This document shows, piece by piece, positions 34,074 through 42,411 of a stretch of DNA of 42,892 bases (position 1 is the first letter of the stretch; each line of letters starts with the position of its first letter). Position numbers and translations under genes: made by a program. The notes beneath the pieces are model-generated. The model was not told the DNA's origin, did not search any database, and was given only the letters and a program-made list of their open reading frames with translations. Source of the DNA: Methanosarcinales archaeon (GTDB taxonomy: Archaea > Halobacteriota > Methanosarcinia > Methanosarcinales > Methanogasteraceae). The DNA is taken from NCBI GenBank assembly GCA_021159385.1, contig JAGGRW010000191.1, forward strand, positions 1 to 42,892, written 5' to 3'.

Positions 34074-34080
34074 TTATAAT
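34074..34080 (+). promoter_or_regulatory. TATA-like box (ttataat) of the last cassette
   Basis: Lies 46 nt upstream of ATG 34120. aaagcgttataatctatcc compares with aaagcgttatgattcatcc at 29198-29216. SD-like aaggagtg lies at 34107-34114. Confidence 0.45.
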
Positions 34081-34119
34081 CTATCCTATACGAAGAATGG
34101 ACAGAAAGGAGTGAATAGA

Positions 34120-34350
34120 ATGACCCCGAGAAAGAGTGAAATACCGATCGAAATGAAAGAAATGGATGAATTAGAACAAATGATCGAAGAAAAACTGGAA
34201 AAAGTTGATCTTATGCAAGCAGTCCATAGAGCAAGATTGAGAAGTGCGAGATTGCTGAATGAACAGGGAATATCCACGCTTGCTTTGATCATCTCAAAAA
34301 CTTTGATAGATGTAATCGAACATCCGGAAAAGATGGAGATGCTGGCTTAA
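34120..34350 (+). CDS. Small helical antitoxin-like protein (76 aa) upstream of a decayed PIN gene
   Basis: ORF 33907..34350; the likely start is ATG 34120. The stop abuts the ATG of the PIN remnant (taaATG at 34348-34353). No specific family recognised. Confidence 0.5.
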   Translation: MTPRKSEIPIEMKEMDELEQMIEEKLEKVDLMQAVHRARLRSARLLNEQGISTLALIISKTLIDVIEHPEKMEMLA

Positions 34351-34795
34351 ATGAAGGTATACATGGATACCTCTGTGCTGGCGGTTCCCACACACTTCAA
34401 GAATATAGAATTGGATCAATATAAATCTGTTTCCAAATTGGTTGGGGTGTGCAAGAGTAAAGGTAATAGAGATCGTTATATCCTTCTATGCTTTGCACGA
34501 ACTGTTTTTACTATCCTTTGATTACTTCGATGAAAAAACAGCCAGAACAATCGGCAAGACGTCCGTAACAGAGATTTTGAACATCTAGGGTGTGGAATTG
34601 ATAGAACTGCTTTCACGGAAGAACAGACTGTTGTATCAGGAGCAATTCAATATGAACGACCGAACCGATATTCCACATGCTATCTCTGCATTCGTGGAGG
34701 GGTGTGATAGTATAATCACATACGACACTCATTTTGATCAGATCTCCCATCTGATAAACGTATCAACGCCAGAAAGTTTTATAGATTCGATTTGA
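34351..34795 (+). pseudogene. PIN-domain (VapC-like) toxin pseudogene with at least two frame disruptions
   Basis: Frame 1 gives MKVYMDTSVLAV...CKSKG, with a stop at about 34519. A shifted frame gives VIEIVISFYALHELFLLSFDYFDEKTARTIGK...ILNI*. A third frame (34592..34795) gives the PIN C-terminus DIPHAISAFVEGCDSIITYDTHFDQI. Confidence 0.75.
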
Positions 34796-34920
34796 TAGAA
34801 CTCGTAGGATGCGAAGTATCTGAGGCAGATGGGGGACCGTGTTGGGATAACGCCCGTAGATGCAATTGCGCTTGCAAATTATCGGTAACAGCCGCCCATT
34901 CGGCACAGACGCGGGCGATT

Positions 34921-35191
34921 ACGCGAACCGGCGGCAGGTACGTCGAAAGTTCGACCGGTAGGACGGTCTGGAGTTGTGTCGGGTGCGACAATCATCCACG
35001 AGCACGAGGTTGCGTGTGAGGTGCTCGACGGGCTGATGGCGCTTGAGCCCGGAGAGGATGTTTTGTCGGTGTTTCGGGATGTGATCGTTCCGCGTCTGCG
35101 CGATCGCGATGCTGGTACTGATGCCGGTACCGACGCCGACGCCGGGTGATGCAAACCGCGCAACTTTGGGACTCGCGTCGTTTCGCGATCG
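34921..35191. repeat. Right copy of the ~270-bp direct repeat; a non-functional duplicate of the 3' end of the 28478..29113 gene
   Basis: See the left copy. It has a 1-nt insertion relative to copy 1 (tgcacgatcatcc vs tgcgacaatcatcc) and no 5' gene body upstream. Confidence 0.9.
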
Positions 35192-35240
35192 CTGATCCGG
35201 CATCGGCGTGGGCTGGCTGTCGATTCGGTTGAGAGCAGGT

Positions 35241-35248
35241 TTTATATA
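35241..35248 (+). promoter_or_regulatory. TATA box candidate (tttatata) for the S-layer-like gene
   Basis: Lies 67 nt upstream of ATG 35315. SD ggagg at 35301-35305. Confidence 0.4.
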
Positions 35249-35314
35249 GTTTGTGAGTTTTATTGTGTTATGATGCTGCTTTGTTTGCGCATCACGACAA
35301 GGAGGAACAATAAT

Positions 35315-38300
35315 ATGAATGGATGCATAAAATACGTGAGTGTACTGATTATGTTGATGGCGTTTATAACAGTCAGCGCAGCCGACGAGCCACCCGAACT
35401 TATATCATGTGACATATATCCAGCCCCGCCAGTTGAGCAGGGTACCCACATATCGATTGACTGTCTGTTCTCTGAGATCGTAGGCTATGAAATCCGCATC
35501 GAGAATGCTACAGGTCTGGTCAAAAAGATCGATAACGGCAATGCAATGGATCCAGAGAAGGCGTGGTGGAACACAACCACTGGAACCTCCGCTGGGACCT
35601 ATACCGTAAACGTGACCATGGACAATTCCACATCGGGATCGTCCTCGTATAACGATACACATACCATCGAGGTCACTGCCGCAGCCGCTGAGCCACCTAA
35701 ACTTATATCATGTGACATATATCCAGCCCCGCCAGTTGAGCAGGGTACCCACATATCGATTGACTGTCTGTTCTCTGAGATCGTAGGCTATGAAATCCGC
35801 ATCGAGAATGCTACAGGTCTGGTCAAAAAGATCGATAACGGCAATGCAATGGATCCAGAGAAGGCGTGGTGGAACACAACCACTGGAACCTCCGCTGGGA
35901 CCTATACCGTAAACGTGACCATGGACAATTCCACATCGGGATCGTCCTCGTATAACGATACACATACCATCGAGGTCACTGCCGCAGCCGCTGAGCCACC
36001 TAAACTTATATCATGTGACATATATCCAGCCCCGCCAGTTGAGCAGGGTACCCACATATCGATTGACTGTCTGTTCTCTGAGATCGTAGGCTATGAAATC
36101 CGCATCGAGAATGCTACAGGTCTGGTCAAAAAGATCGATAACGGCAATGCAATGGATCCAGAGAAGGCGTGGTGGAACACAACCACGGGAACCTCCGCTG
36201 GGACCTATAACGTAAACGTGACCATGGACAATTCCACATCGGGATTGTCATCGCATAACAGTACGAACACCATCGAGGTCACTACTGCCACAGGCGACAC
36301 CACAGCACCAACCGTAACAGGTCACACACCGACCGATGGCAAAACAGACGTTCCGATATCGACAGCGATAAGCGTAACGTTCAGCGAGGCGATGAATAAG
36401 ACATCTGTGAAAAATGCGTTCACTATCGATCCTGATGTTGGTGGATCGTTTGACTGGAATGATGATGATACAATAACCTTCACTCCAGATGATGACCTTG
36501 CGTATGATGCAACATACAACGTGACTATTGAAACGGAAGCAAAAGATCTGGCAGGCAACAATCTGGATAATCCTATCAGCTGGGGCTTTACCACAGAATC
36601 ATTAGGACACTCCACCGGCTTCCGAATCTGGGATGCAAACAGGAAACCCCCCATGGATCTCAACTACACATGGGATGCCCGCAGTTTCACCGGATTCTAT
36701 TATGATCTCGATGATGATACCAGCACAGAAACACTGACCATTCATCTGGACAGTGACGATGATCGAACCATCGAAGAGGGCCATCTCGAGTATGTCACCG
36801 AAGCAGCCGATATCGACTTTGAATGCAATGAGTGGGGCAAATACAAAGTGATCGGTTTCATGGCAGAGAAGTATTTCGCAGGATATGGCGACAAAACCGA
36901 TGATAAGATAACATCCGATACCATAAGCCTCGTCTCAAAGGATATGCTGAGCAAGGTTCTGATCGATGAAGACGAGAAACATACGATCTCAACGGGTGCA
37001 TCGCTCGAACTGAAGGAAGACTACGAGTTAAAGATCATACAACTCGACATCGATGGAGGTCAAGCGCAGATCGAACTGATGAAGAACGGAAAGAGCGTTG
37101 ACACTGATATCGTGAGATCGCCAGACACGTATGTGTACACGAAAGATCTCGGAAAACTGGATGATGTCCCACTTGTTGCGGTCAACATCAACAGCGTCTT
37201 TGCTGGCACAGAGTCGGATATGCTTGTAATCGAAGGAATCTTCCAGATATCAGATGATACAATCTCTGTAGATACCGGTGACGACTACGGCGATATGGAG
37301 ATCAAGTCTTCTTCAGGTTATAAGATCAAGATGGAAAACACCGATGACATCGATCTCGAAGAGGATGAAATCGTTGATATCATGGGGAACATCAAGTTCC
37401 TCGTTGCTGACAATAGCACTCTTCGATTTGCACTCTACGAAGATATAACCTCAGAGCCGGGCACGCATGACATTCGTGGAACGGTCTACAATACCACAGA
37501 GAAGCCAACATGGGATCACATGAACTTCGAAGGTTTCTACTATGACATCGATGATGACCTCGGCACCGAAGAATTGCGTGTTGAAAACATCGGCAACACT
37601 ATCGATGAAGGCAATCTCGTCTACACAACAAAACCTGAACCGGTCGGATTTGATCTCGACAGATGGGGATCTTACGAGGTTATCGGTTTCATGGCAGAGA
37701 AGTACTTTGCAGGATATGGCAGTGGAACCAAGAAGGAGCTAACATCCGATACCATCAGCCTCATCGCAAAGGATATGCTGAGCAAGGTCTTGGTCGATGT
37801 CGAGGATGACCGCATGATCTCCACAGGCGCGTCGCTCCCATTGTACGAGGGTTACGAGTTAAAGATCATACAGCTCGATACCGACGGAGGTCAAGCACAG
37901 CTAGAACTGCTGAAGAACGGAAAGAGTGTTGACACTGATATCGTGAAATCACCGGACACGTATGTGTACAAGAAAGATCTCGGAAAACTGGATGATGTCC
38001 CTATAATTGCGATCCGCATCGGCAACGTCTTTGCTGGCACAGAGACGGATATGGTTACAATCGAGGGCGCATTCCAGATATCAGACGACCCTATCTCTGT
38101 AGACACAGGTGACGAATACGGCGAGATGGAGATCACAACCGCCTCATCCGGTGGAATCACGATGAAGAACAAAGAGAACGATATCGATCTCGAAGGCGAC
38201 GAGACCATCATGATAACGGATACTATCGGCTTCAAGGTCTCAGACGACGAAGACCGGTACTACCTCTTTGTCAGACGGACGGTCGGCTCACTCGACTCGC

Positions 38301-39244
38301 TTGAGATCGAATTCTCTGAATCCCCTATCGTGGATGAGGAAATAACGATTACCGTAACAGCAGCATCAGATGGTGATCCGGTCGAGGGCGCGGAGGTCAC
38401 ATTCGACGGAACGAATCTCGGACTCACCGACTCGAGCGGAGAGGTCAGGCACACGCCGGATGAGGCTGGTACGTTCACAGTCATGGCAAGCAAGGGGGAC
38501 TATGATTCCGCATCCAGTGACGTTAAAATTCTGACTGAGGACGAGGCAGAGAAGGATCAACTCGAAATCGAGATGCCGGATGTTGTCGATCCCGGCGATG
38601 ACGTGATCATCAAGGTGCTGTCGGACGGCGATCCGGTCGAGGGCGCGACCGTTACGTGGGACGACGAGGAGATCGGGGAGACCGATGGGACAGGTAGCCT
38701 GACATATACCGCTGATGACGTGGGAACCTACACGGTTACAGCGACAAAAAGCGGGTATCTTGATGCAAGCGAGAAGATCACAGTCTCCCTGCCATCTGCG
38801 GAGTTTGAGCTAACTGGTTTCACTGTCGTTCCCGAAGAGGTGGCTGCCAAGAAGGAGTTCACGGTCACAGTCGATGTCACGAACACGGGCGATCTCGAGG
38901 GCACGTACCGCGCAGAACTGATGATCGATGACGGCAACGGCACCGTCGAGAGCGCAGGATTGCAGAACGTCACACTTGCGCCGGGCGAGGTTGAGACGAT
39001 CGAGTTCACGCACAAGATCGCAAGCGCAGGCGTCTACACGGTACGGATCGACACCGAATCCGAAGAGATCACGGTCACGAAATCCAGGTCAAATTCGGGT
39101 GTGATTGCTGCCATCTTCATTGTGCTGGCTGTTCTTGGTGGTATCGGCTATGTGCTGATCAGTTCTGCGCCGGAAGGCGGGTGGACTGTCGAGAAACTGA
39201 CTGACGCGATAAAAGAGCTGTTCCAGAGGAAAGGGCATCTGTGA
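35315..39244 (+). CDS. Large S-layer-like surface protein: signal peptide, 3 x 101-aa repeats, SbsA/Big_5-like Ig domain, two DUF1608 (Methanosarcinales S-layer duplication) domains, CARDB/Ig-like domains, C-terminal TM anchor
   Basis: ORF 35270..39244; the likely start is ATG 35315 (MNGCIKYVSVLIMLMAFITVSAA). Ig-like DTTAPTVTGHTPTDGKTDVPISTAISVTFSEAMN. Two copies of the pattern SFTGFYYDLDDD...VIGFMAEKYFAGY...KVLIDEDEK...IIQLDIDGGQAQIELMKNGKSVD...FQISDD. TM anchor VIAAIFIVLAVLGGIGYVLI. Many NxS/T sequons. Confidence 0.85.
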   Translation: MNGCIKYVSVLIMLMAFITVSAADEPPELISCDIYPAPPVEQGTHISIDCLFSEIVGYEIRIENATGLVKKIDNGNAMDPEKAWWNTTTGTSAGTYTVNVTMDNSTSGSSSYNDTHTIEVTAAAAEPPKLISCDIYPAPPVEQGTHISIDCLFSEIVGYEIRIENATGLVKKIDNGNAMDPEKAWWNTTTGTSAGTYTVNVTMDNSTSGSSSYNDTHTIEVTAAAAEPPKLISCDIYPAPPVEQGTHISIDCLFSEIVGYEIRIENATGLVKKIDNGNAMDPEKAWWNTTTGTSAGTYNVNVTMDNSTSGLSSHNSTNTIEVTTATGDTTAPTVTGHTPTDGKTDVPISTAISVTFSEAMNKTSVKNAFTIDPDVGGSFDWNDDDTITFTPDDDLAYDATYNVTIETEAKDLAGNNLDNPISWGFTTESLGHSTGFRIWDANRKPPMDLNYTWDARSFTGFYYDLDDDTSTETLTIHLDSDDDRTIEEGHLEYVTEAADIDFECNEWGKYKVIGFMAEKYFAGYGDKTDDKITSDTISLVSKDMLSKVLIDEDEKHTISTGASLELKEDYELKIIQLDIDGGQAQIELMKNGKSVDTDIVRSPDTYVYTKDLGKLDDVPLVAVNINSVFAGTESDMLVIEGIFQISDDTISVDTGDDYGDMEIKSSSGYKIKMENTDDIDLEEDEIVDIMGNIKFLVADNSTLRFALYEDITSEPGTHDIRGTVYNTTEKPTWDHMNFEGFYYDIDDDLGTEELRVENIGNTIDEGNLVYTTKPEPVGFDLDRWGSYEVIGFMAEKYFAGYGSGTKKELTSDTISLIAKDMLSKVLVDVEDDRMISTGASLPLYEGYELKIIQLDTDGGQAQLELLKNGKSVDTDIVKSPDTYVYKKDLGKLDDVPIIAIRIGNVFAGTETDMVTIEGAFQISDDPISVDTGDEYGEMEITTASSGGITMKNKENDIDLEGDETIMITDTIGFKVSDDEDRYYLFVRRTVGSLDSLEIEFSESPIVDEEITITVTAASDGDPVEGAEVTFDGTNLGLTDSSGEVRHTPDEAGTFTVMASKGDYDSASSDVKILTEDEAEKDQLEIEMPDVVDPGDDVIIKVLSDGDPVEGATVTWDDEEIGETDGTGSLTYTADDVGTYTVTATKSGYLDASEKITVSLPSAEFELTGFTVVPEEVAAKKEFTVTVDVTNTGDLEGTYRAELMIDDGNGTVESAGLQNVTLAPGEVETIEFTHKIASAGVYTVRIDTESEEITVTKSRSNSGVIAAIFIVLAVLGGIGYVLISSAPEGGWTVEKLTDAIKELFQRKGHL
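35387..36295 (+). repeat. Three tandem 303-bp coding repeats (units starting at 35387, 35690, 35993)
   Basis: Units 1 and 2 are essentially identical; the duplicated antisense ORFs 35405..35662 and 35708..35965 have identical translations. Unit 3 diverges only near its 3' end. Confidence 0.95.
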
Positions 39245-39288
39245 GTGCGCAGGTGCGGATACGGATCACGCGAATCGAGGAGCAAGTC

Positions 39289-39377
39289 ACCGTTAAGTTT
39301 CAAAGGTACTCAGGAAAGGATTCTTGAGGAATGGGACGACCTTCGGGATATGATCGAACGTGCCAGAGTAGAGCGAG
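39289..39377 (+). pseudogene. Internally deleted remnant of the RHH gene family seen at 30460..30726
   Basis: accgttaagtttcaaaggtactcaggaaaggattcttgaggaa aligns with 30466-30513. gaccttcgggatatgatcgaacgtgccagagtagagcgag aligns with 30661-30700. The frame hits a stop after about 13 codons. Confidence 0.6.
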
Positions 39378-39550
39378 TTTGGTGAACGACCGTACGACTG
39401 AAGCGTTGGAACACCTACACTTGGAAAAACGCGGGAGTTTCTCTCTCGCATCTCTCGTTGAATCAGAAGCCAGAACGAGAAAGACACCATGATGCAAAGA
39501 ATGAAAAGTCACAACTTTTCGGCATCCTTTTTACCCAACCTTCGCGAAGC

Positions 39551-42400
39551 TCACACCCCGCCCACCATCAGCTTGAAGATGAGGAGCGCAACCGTCACCA
39601 TGATTATCGAGTGTTTGAGTCCTGAGAGCACACTTCCCTCGCCCATAACGCCAGCGATCAGTCCGGAGCAGAACCCCTGGATGAGTGACGCATGGAAGAA
39701 CAGGCGTTTGTACATATCAAGATCAAAAGCTCCAAGGAGTCCGGCGTTGCCGCCTGACGCTGCCATCTGTTCACCAGCCTCAGCCATCTTGGTCAGGAAC
39801 GAGTCAGTGATCACATAGATGACCCCGACGAATACGAGGAACGAGATGTAGATGATTATAATATAAATCATCATATTCATCACCCGTTCCCGCTTGAGCG
39901 TCTGCTCGGTCTCGGCATCCCGTGCAGCGACCTCGAGCACCCCCCCAACATCGCCGCTCGATTCATTCGCTTTGTTTATCAGCGTGATCGATCTCGACAC
40001 GACGTGCGTCCTGATGCGGTTTGCGAACCGAACCAGCGAGTCATTGACGTCGAGCCCCCAGTTGATGTCGTTCCAGACCAGTTTGATCTGCTTGCTCAGC
40101 GTGCCGATGTCCGACTTCGCCATCAGTTTGATCGAGTCCCGCATCGTCATGCCGGTCTCGTTCGTGCTCGCCAGTTTGTCGAGAAAACCCGGAATCTGCT
40201 TCTGGAGCTTATTCTCGCGCATCGTCTTCGCCTCGTGGAAGAACGCAAGCGGAATGAGCGCTATGAACATCGAGTACACGATAGTGTCGTCCAGGAAGTT
40301 GATGATCAGGCTTGTATTCAGGAGTTCGTGCCTGTGAGTCATGTATGAGGCGGCAAAGAAGATCAGTGCCAGCGGAATGCTCGCAACGAGGATTCCTGCC
40401 GGCTGCATCTTAACGGATTTCAACGGGTCGCGGAGAACCTGCTTGAATGCAATCGTCTTCTTGGACTTTGCAAAGCCCTCCCACCTCTTCTTCAGCGCAA
40501 GCGTCTCTTCCATCGCAGCATCCACCGGAGCGTTCTTCTCAAGCTTCAGGTTCGCGAGTTCAGGCGGTATCACAATCTCGTGATCGAGTCTGGTGCGCGT
40601 GCCGAGCAGTTTAGGAACGCCGCCTGCTGTCGGTGAGATTATGTTGATCATGAAGATGAACATAACCGAACCGATCGGAATCACGCCATAGATTAGTGCC
40701 TGGAGCATCACGTCGTTCCCTGACCCCATCAGAACCATCATCACGCCCATGATGATCATAAATAGCGGACCAGCTACAAAAGCGGTGACATAAGACTCTG
40801 CAATCAGCGCAAGCGTCTCGAGATACGCTTTCTGGTCGATCACAGCTTCCTTCAGGTACTGCTCCGACTTATCCTTGAAGTATCTGGGAATGTCGCCACC
40901 GCTGTCGATCACCGAGAGCAGGTTATGTGTCAAATCCTGAAACTTGCTGGAGACTGTCATCTGGGAGACGTTTCTGAGTGCGGTCCTGAGATCGTGTCCG
41001 AAATAATCCATGTCCCGGACGATCATATCCACCTCCTTTGAGACCTCGCCATACGTGTCCCCGCATCCGGCGAGCGATCTGAATATCTCGACTATGTTCA
41101 TGCCGCCGTTTGAGAGCGCGTACATGAAGGTGACCGCATACGGGAGGTTCTGGTTAATAGAGGTCTTTCGCTCGCCGGCTTTGATTGACGGGTACGTCAG
41201 GAAGAGTGCGTACACGATCCCGCCAAGAACAAGGCTCAGGAAGACGACAACGAAGACCGAGAGGAATATCTCCTTGAAATCGAGCAGCCATGCGGTTCGC
41301 TCGCTGAATGTCAACTTTGTGATCTGGTCCGGAAGTCCGATGACGACAACTGCCATGAATGAAGCGATCAAGCCGAGAATCGCTCCGGTAAGCCCCGCAG
41401 CTATGGAGTAGAACATCGAGTTTGAGAGATACATCTCGTACGATATTGGTATGCGCGCCTGCTGCAGTTGGGTGCGCAGATCATCATACTTTGCTGATTG
41501 TGCTTTGAACCGGTCGCCTAAAGCGATGAACGGGACCATCATAAAGAGGCGCAACAGGCGGGTGAATTGTTTTACGAACTTGTCATACGCAGCAGCAGCT
41601 TCCTCACCCTCCGTTGGAACAGAGGTGTCGTACATCGCAGAGAAGATTTGCACACTGTGCGCATCTCCACGCTCTCCGATTCCAGTGTCCCCTCCCGTCT
41701 CCAGTCCGAACAACTCTGGCAGCTGGTCTGCCGAAACCGATGGGAGTTCCGGCACAAACTCAGGCTCTTCGGTTTCAAGCTCCTTCATCTGATCCATGAG
41801 AAGCGATTCTGCGTAGTCATCGCCAGTCAGTTCCCCCTGCGCGTCCAATCCGACTTCTTCGCGCTCAGATTCTTCATGAGCGGGCTCCTCTGCCAGAATG
41901 TCCGGCGGGGTTGGGGTGGGGGGTTCCGGTCGAGCACTCTCTGCTGCTGCGCGAAGACCCCTCGCGGGAGCGGCTTCTTGTGTCCTGGCATCATCCACCA
42001 AAACATCCGGTGGGGCTGGAGCAGTAGTCCCGGATCGGGCGCCCTCTGCTGCTGCGCGAAGACCTTTTCGGGGGGCGGCTTCTTTGGTCTTTGCTGCACT
42101 GCTTGCTGTTGCATTGAATATGTTCAATACGGCTTCTTCGGGATTGGATTTGTCAGGAACAGTCTCCTCCACCAGAATGTCCGGCGGAGCTGGAGTTTCG
42201 GGTCTGACATTCTCTGCTGCTGCGCGAAGACCCCTCGCGGGAGCGGCTTCTTGTGTCCTGGCATCATCCACCAAAACATCCGGTGGGGCTGGAGCAGTAG
42301 TCCCGGATCGGGCGCCCTCTGCCGCGGCGCGAAGACCATTTTTAGCCGTTTTGGGTTTTAACTCTCCCCTAGCATCGGTTGCCTTGTTCCTGAGACCCAT
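39551..42400 (-). CDS. FlaJ/TadC-like (T2SS-F family) polytopic membrane protein of an archaeal type IV pilus/archaellum-like system, with a ~330-aa repetitive N-terminal extension
   Basis: 949 aa. The C-terminal ~600 aa have two T2SSF-like repeats with multiple TM helices (NLPYAVTFMYALSNGGMNIVEIFRSLA...; LIKLMAKSDIGTLSKQIKLVWNDINWGLD...). The N-terminus has Ala/Pro-rich repeats GLRAAAEGARSGTTAPAPPDVLVDDARTQEAAPARGLRAAAE. Confidence 0.75.
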   Translation of the reverse strand: MGLRNKATDARGELKPKTAKNGLRAAAEGARSGTTAPAPPDVLVDDARTQEAAPARGLRAAAENVRPETPAPPDILVEETVPDKSNPEEAVLNIFNATASSAAKTKEAAPRKGLRAAAEGARSGTTAPAPPDVLVDDARTQEAAPARGLRAAAESARPEPPTPTPPDILAEEPAHEESEREEVGLDAQGELTGDDYAESLLMDQMKELETEEPEFVPELPSVSADQLPELFGLETGGDTGIGERGDAHSVQIFSAMYDTSVPTEGEEAAAAYDKFVKQFTRLLRLFMMVPFIALGDRFKAQSAKYDDLRTQLQQARIPISYEMYLSNSMFYSIAAGLTGAILGLIASFMAVVVIGLPDQITKLTFSERTAWLLDFKEIFLSVFVVVFLSLVLGGIVYALFLTYPSIKAGERKTSINQNLPYAVTFMYALSNGGMNIVEIFRSLAGCGDTYGEVSKEVDMIVRDMDYFGHDLRTALRNVSQMTVSSKFQDLTHNLLSVIDSGGDIPRYFKDKSEQYLKEAVIDQKAYLETLALIAESYVTAFVAGPLFMIIMGVMMVLMGSGNDVMLQALIYGVIPIGSVMFIFMINIISPTAGGVPKLLGTRTRLDHEIVIPPELANLKLEKNAPVDAAMEETLALKKRWEGFAKSKKTIAFKQVLRDPLKSVKMQPAGILVASIPLALIFFAASYMTHRHELLNTSLIINFLDDTIVYSMFIALIPLAFFHEAKTMRENKLQKQIPGFLDKLASTNETGMTMRDSIKLMAKSDIGTLSKQIKLVWNDINWGLDVNDSLVRFANRIRTHVVSRSITLINKANESSGDVGGVLEVAARDAETEQTLKRERVMNMMIYIIIIYISFLVFVGVIYVITDSFLTKMAEAGEQMAASGGNAGLLGAFDLDMYKRLFFHASLIQGFCSGLIAGVMGEGSVLSGLKHSIIMVTVALLIFKLMVGGV
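41938..42337. repeat. Direct repeat, period 273 nt (two ~127-nt copies; 112 nt identical) inside the FlaJ-like N-terminal extension
   Basis: 41938-42049 is identical to 42211-42322. The next 15 nt differ at 2 positions. Confidence 0.9.
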
Positions 42401-42411
42401 AACCCCTCTTT

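Larger units (their letters stand above)
29155..34920. mobile_element. 5.8-kb inserted island (integrase-less remnant of an integrative element or cassette array) bounded by the direct repeats
   Basis: Flanked by the 28886-29154 / 34921-35191 repeats. It has a mosaic of AT-rich gene cassettes (23/60 GC at 31681-31740) and GC-rich junction repeats. It is rich in toxin-antitoxin genes and pseudogenes. No recombinase ORF is seen on either strand. Confidence 0.65.

Noticed and set aside
29155-34920. Interpreting the cassette array as an integron
   Set aside because: There is no IntI-type tyrosine recombinase and no attI next to the array. The junction repeats lack the R''-L''/L'-R' attC architecture as far as I can judge by eye. 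The outer boundaries are long direct repeats of a host gene end, which fits site-specific integration better.
35387-36295. Possibility that the regular repeats (here and at 24228-24273) are a CRISPR array
   Set aside because: The 303-bp period has no unique spacers and lies entirely inside an open reading frame. The 18-bp repeat has no spacers at all. No cas genes are present in the window.
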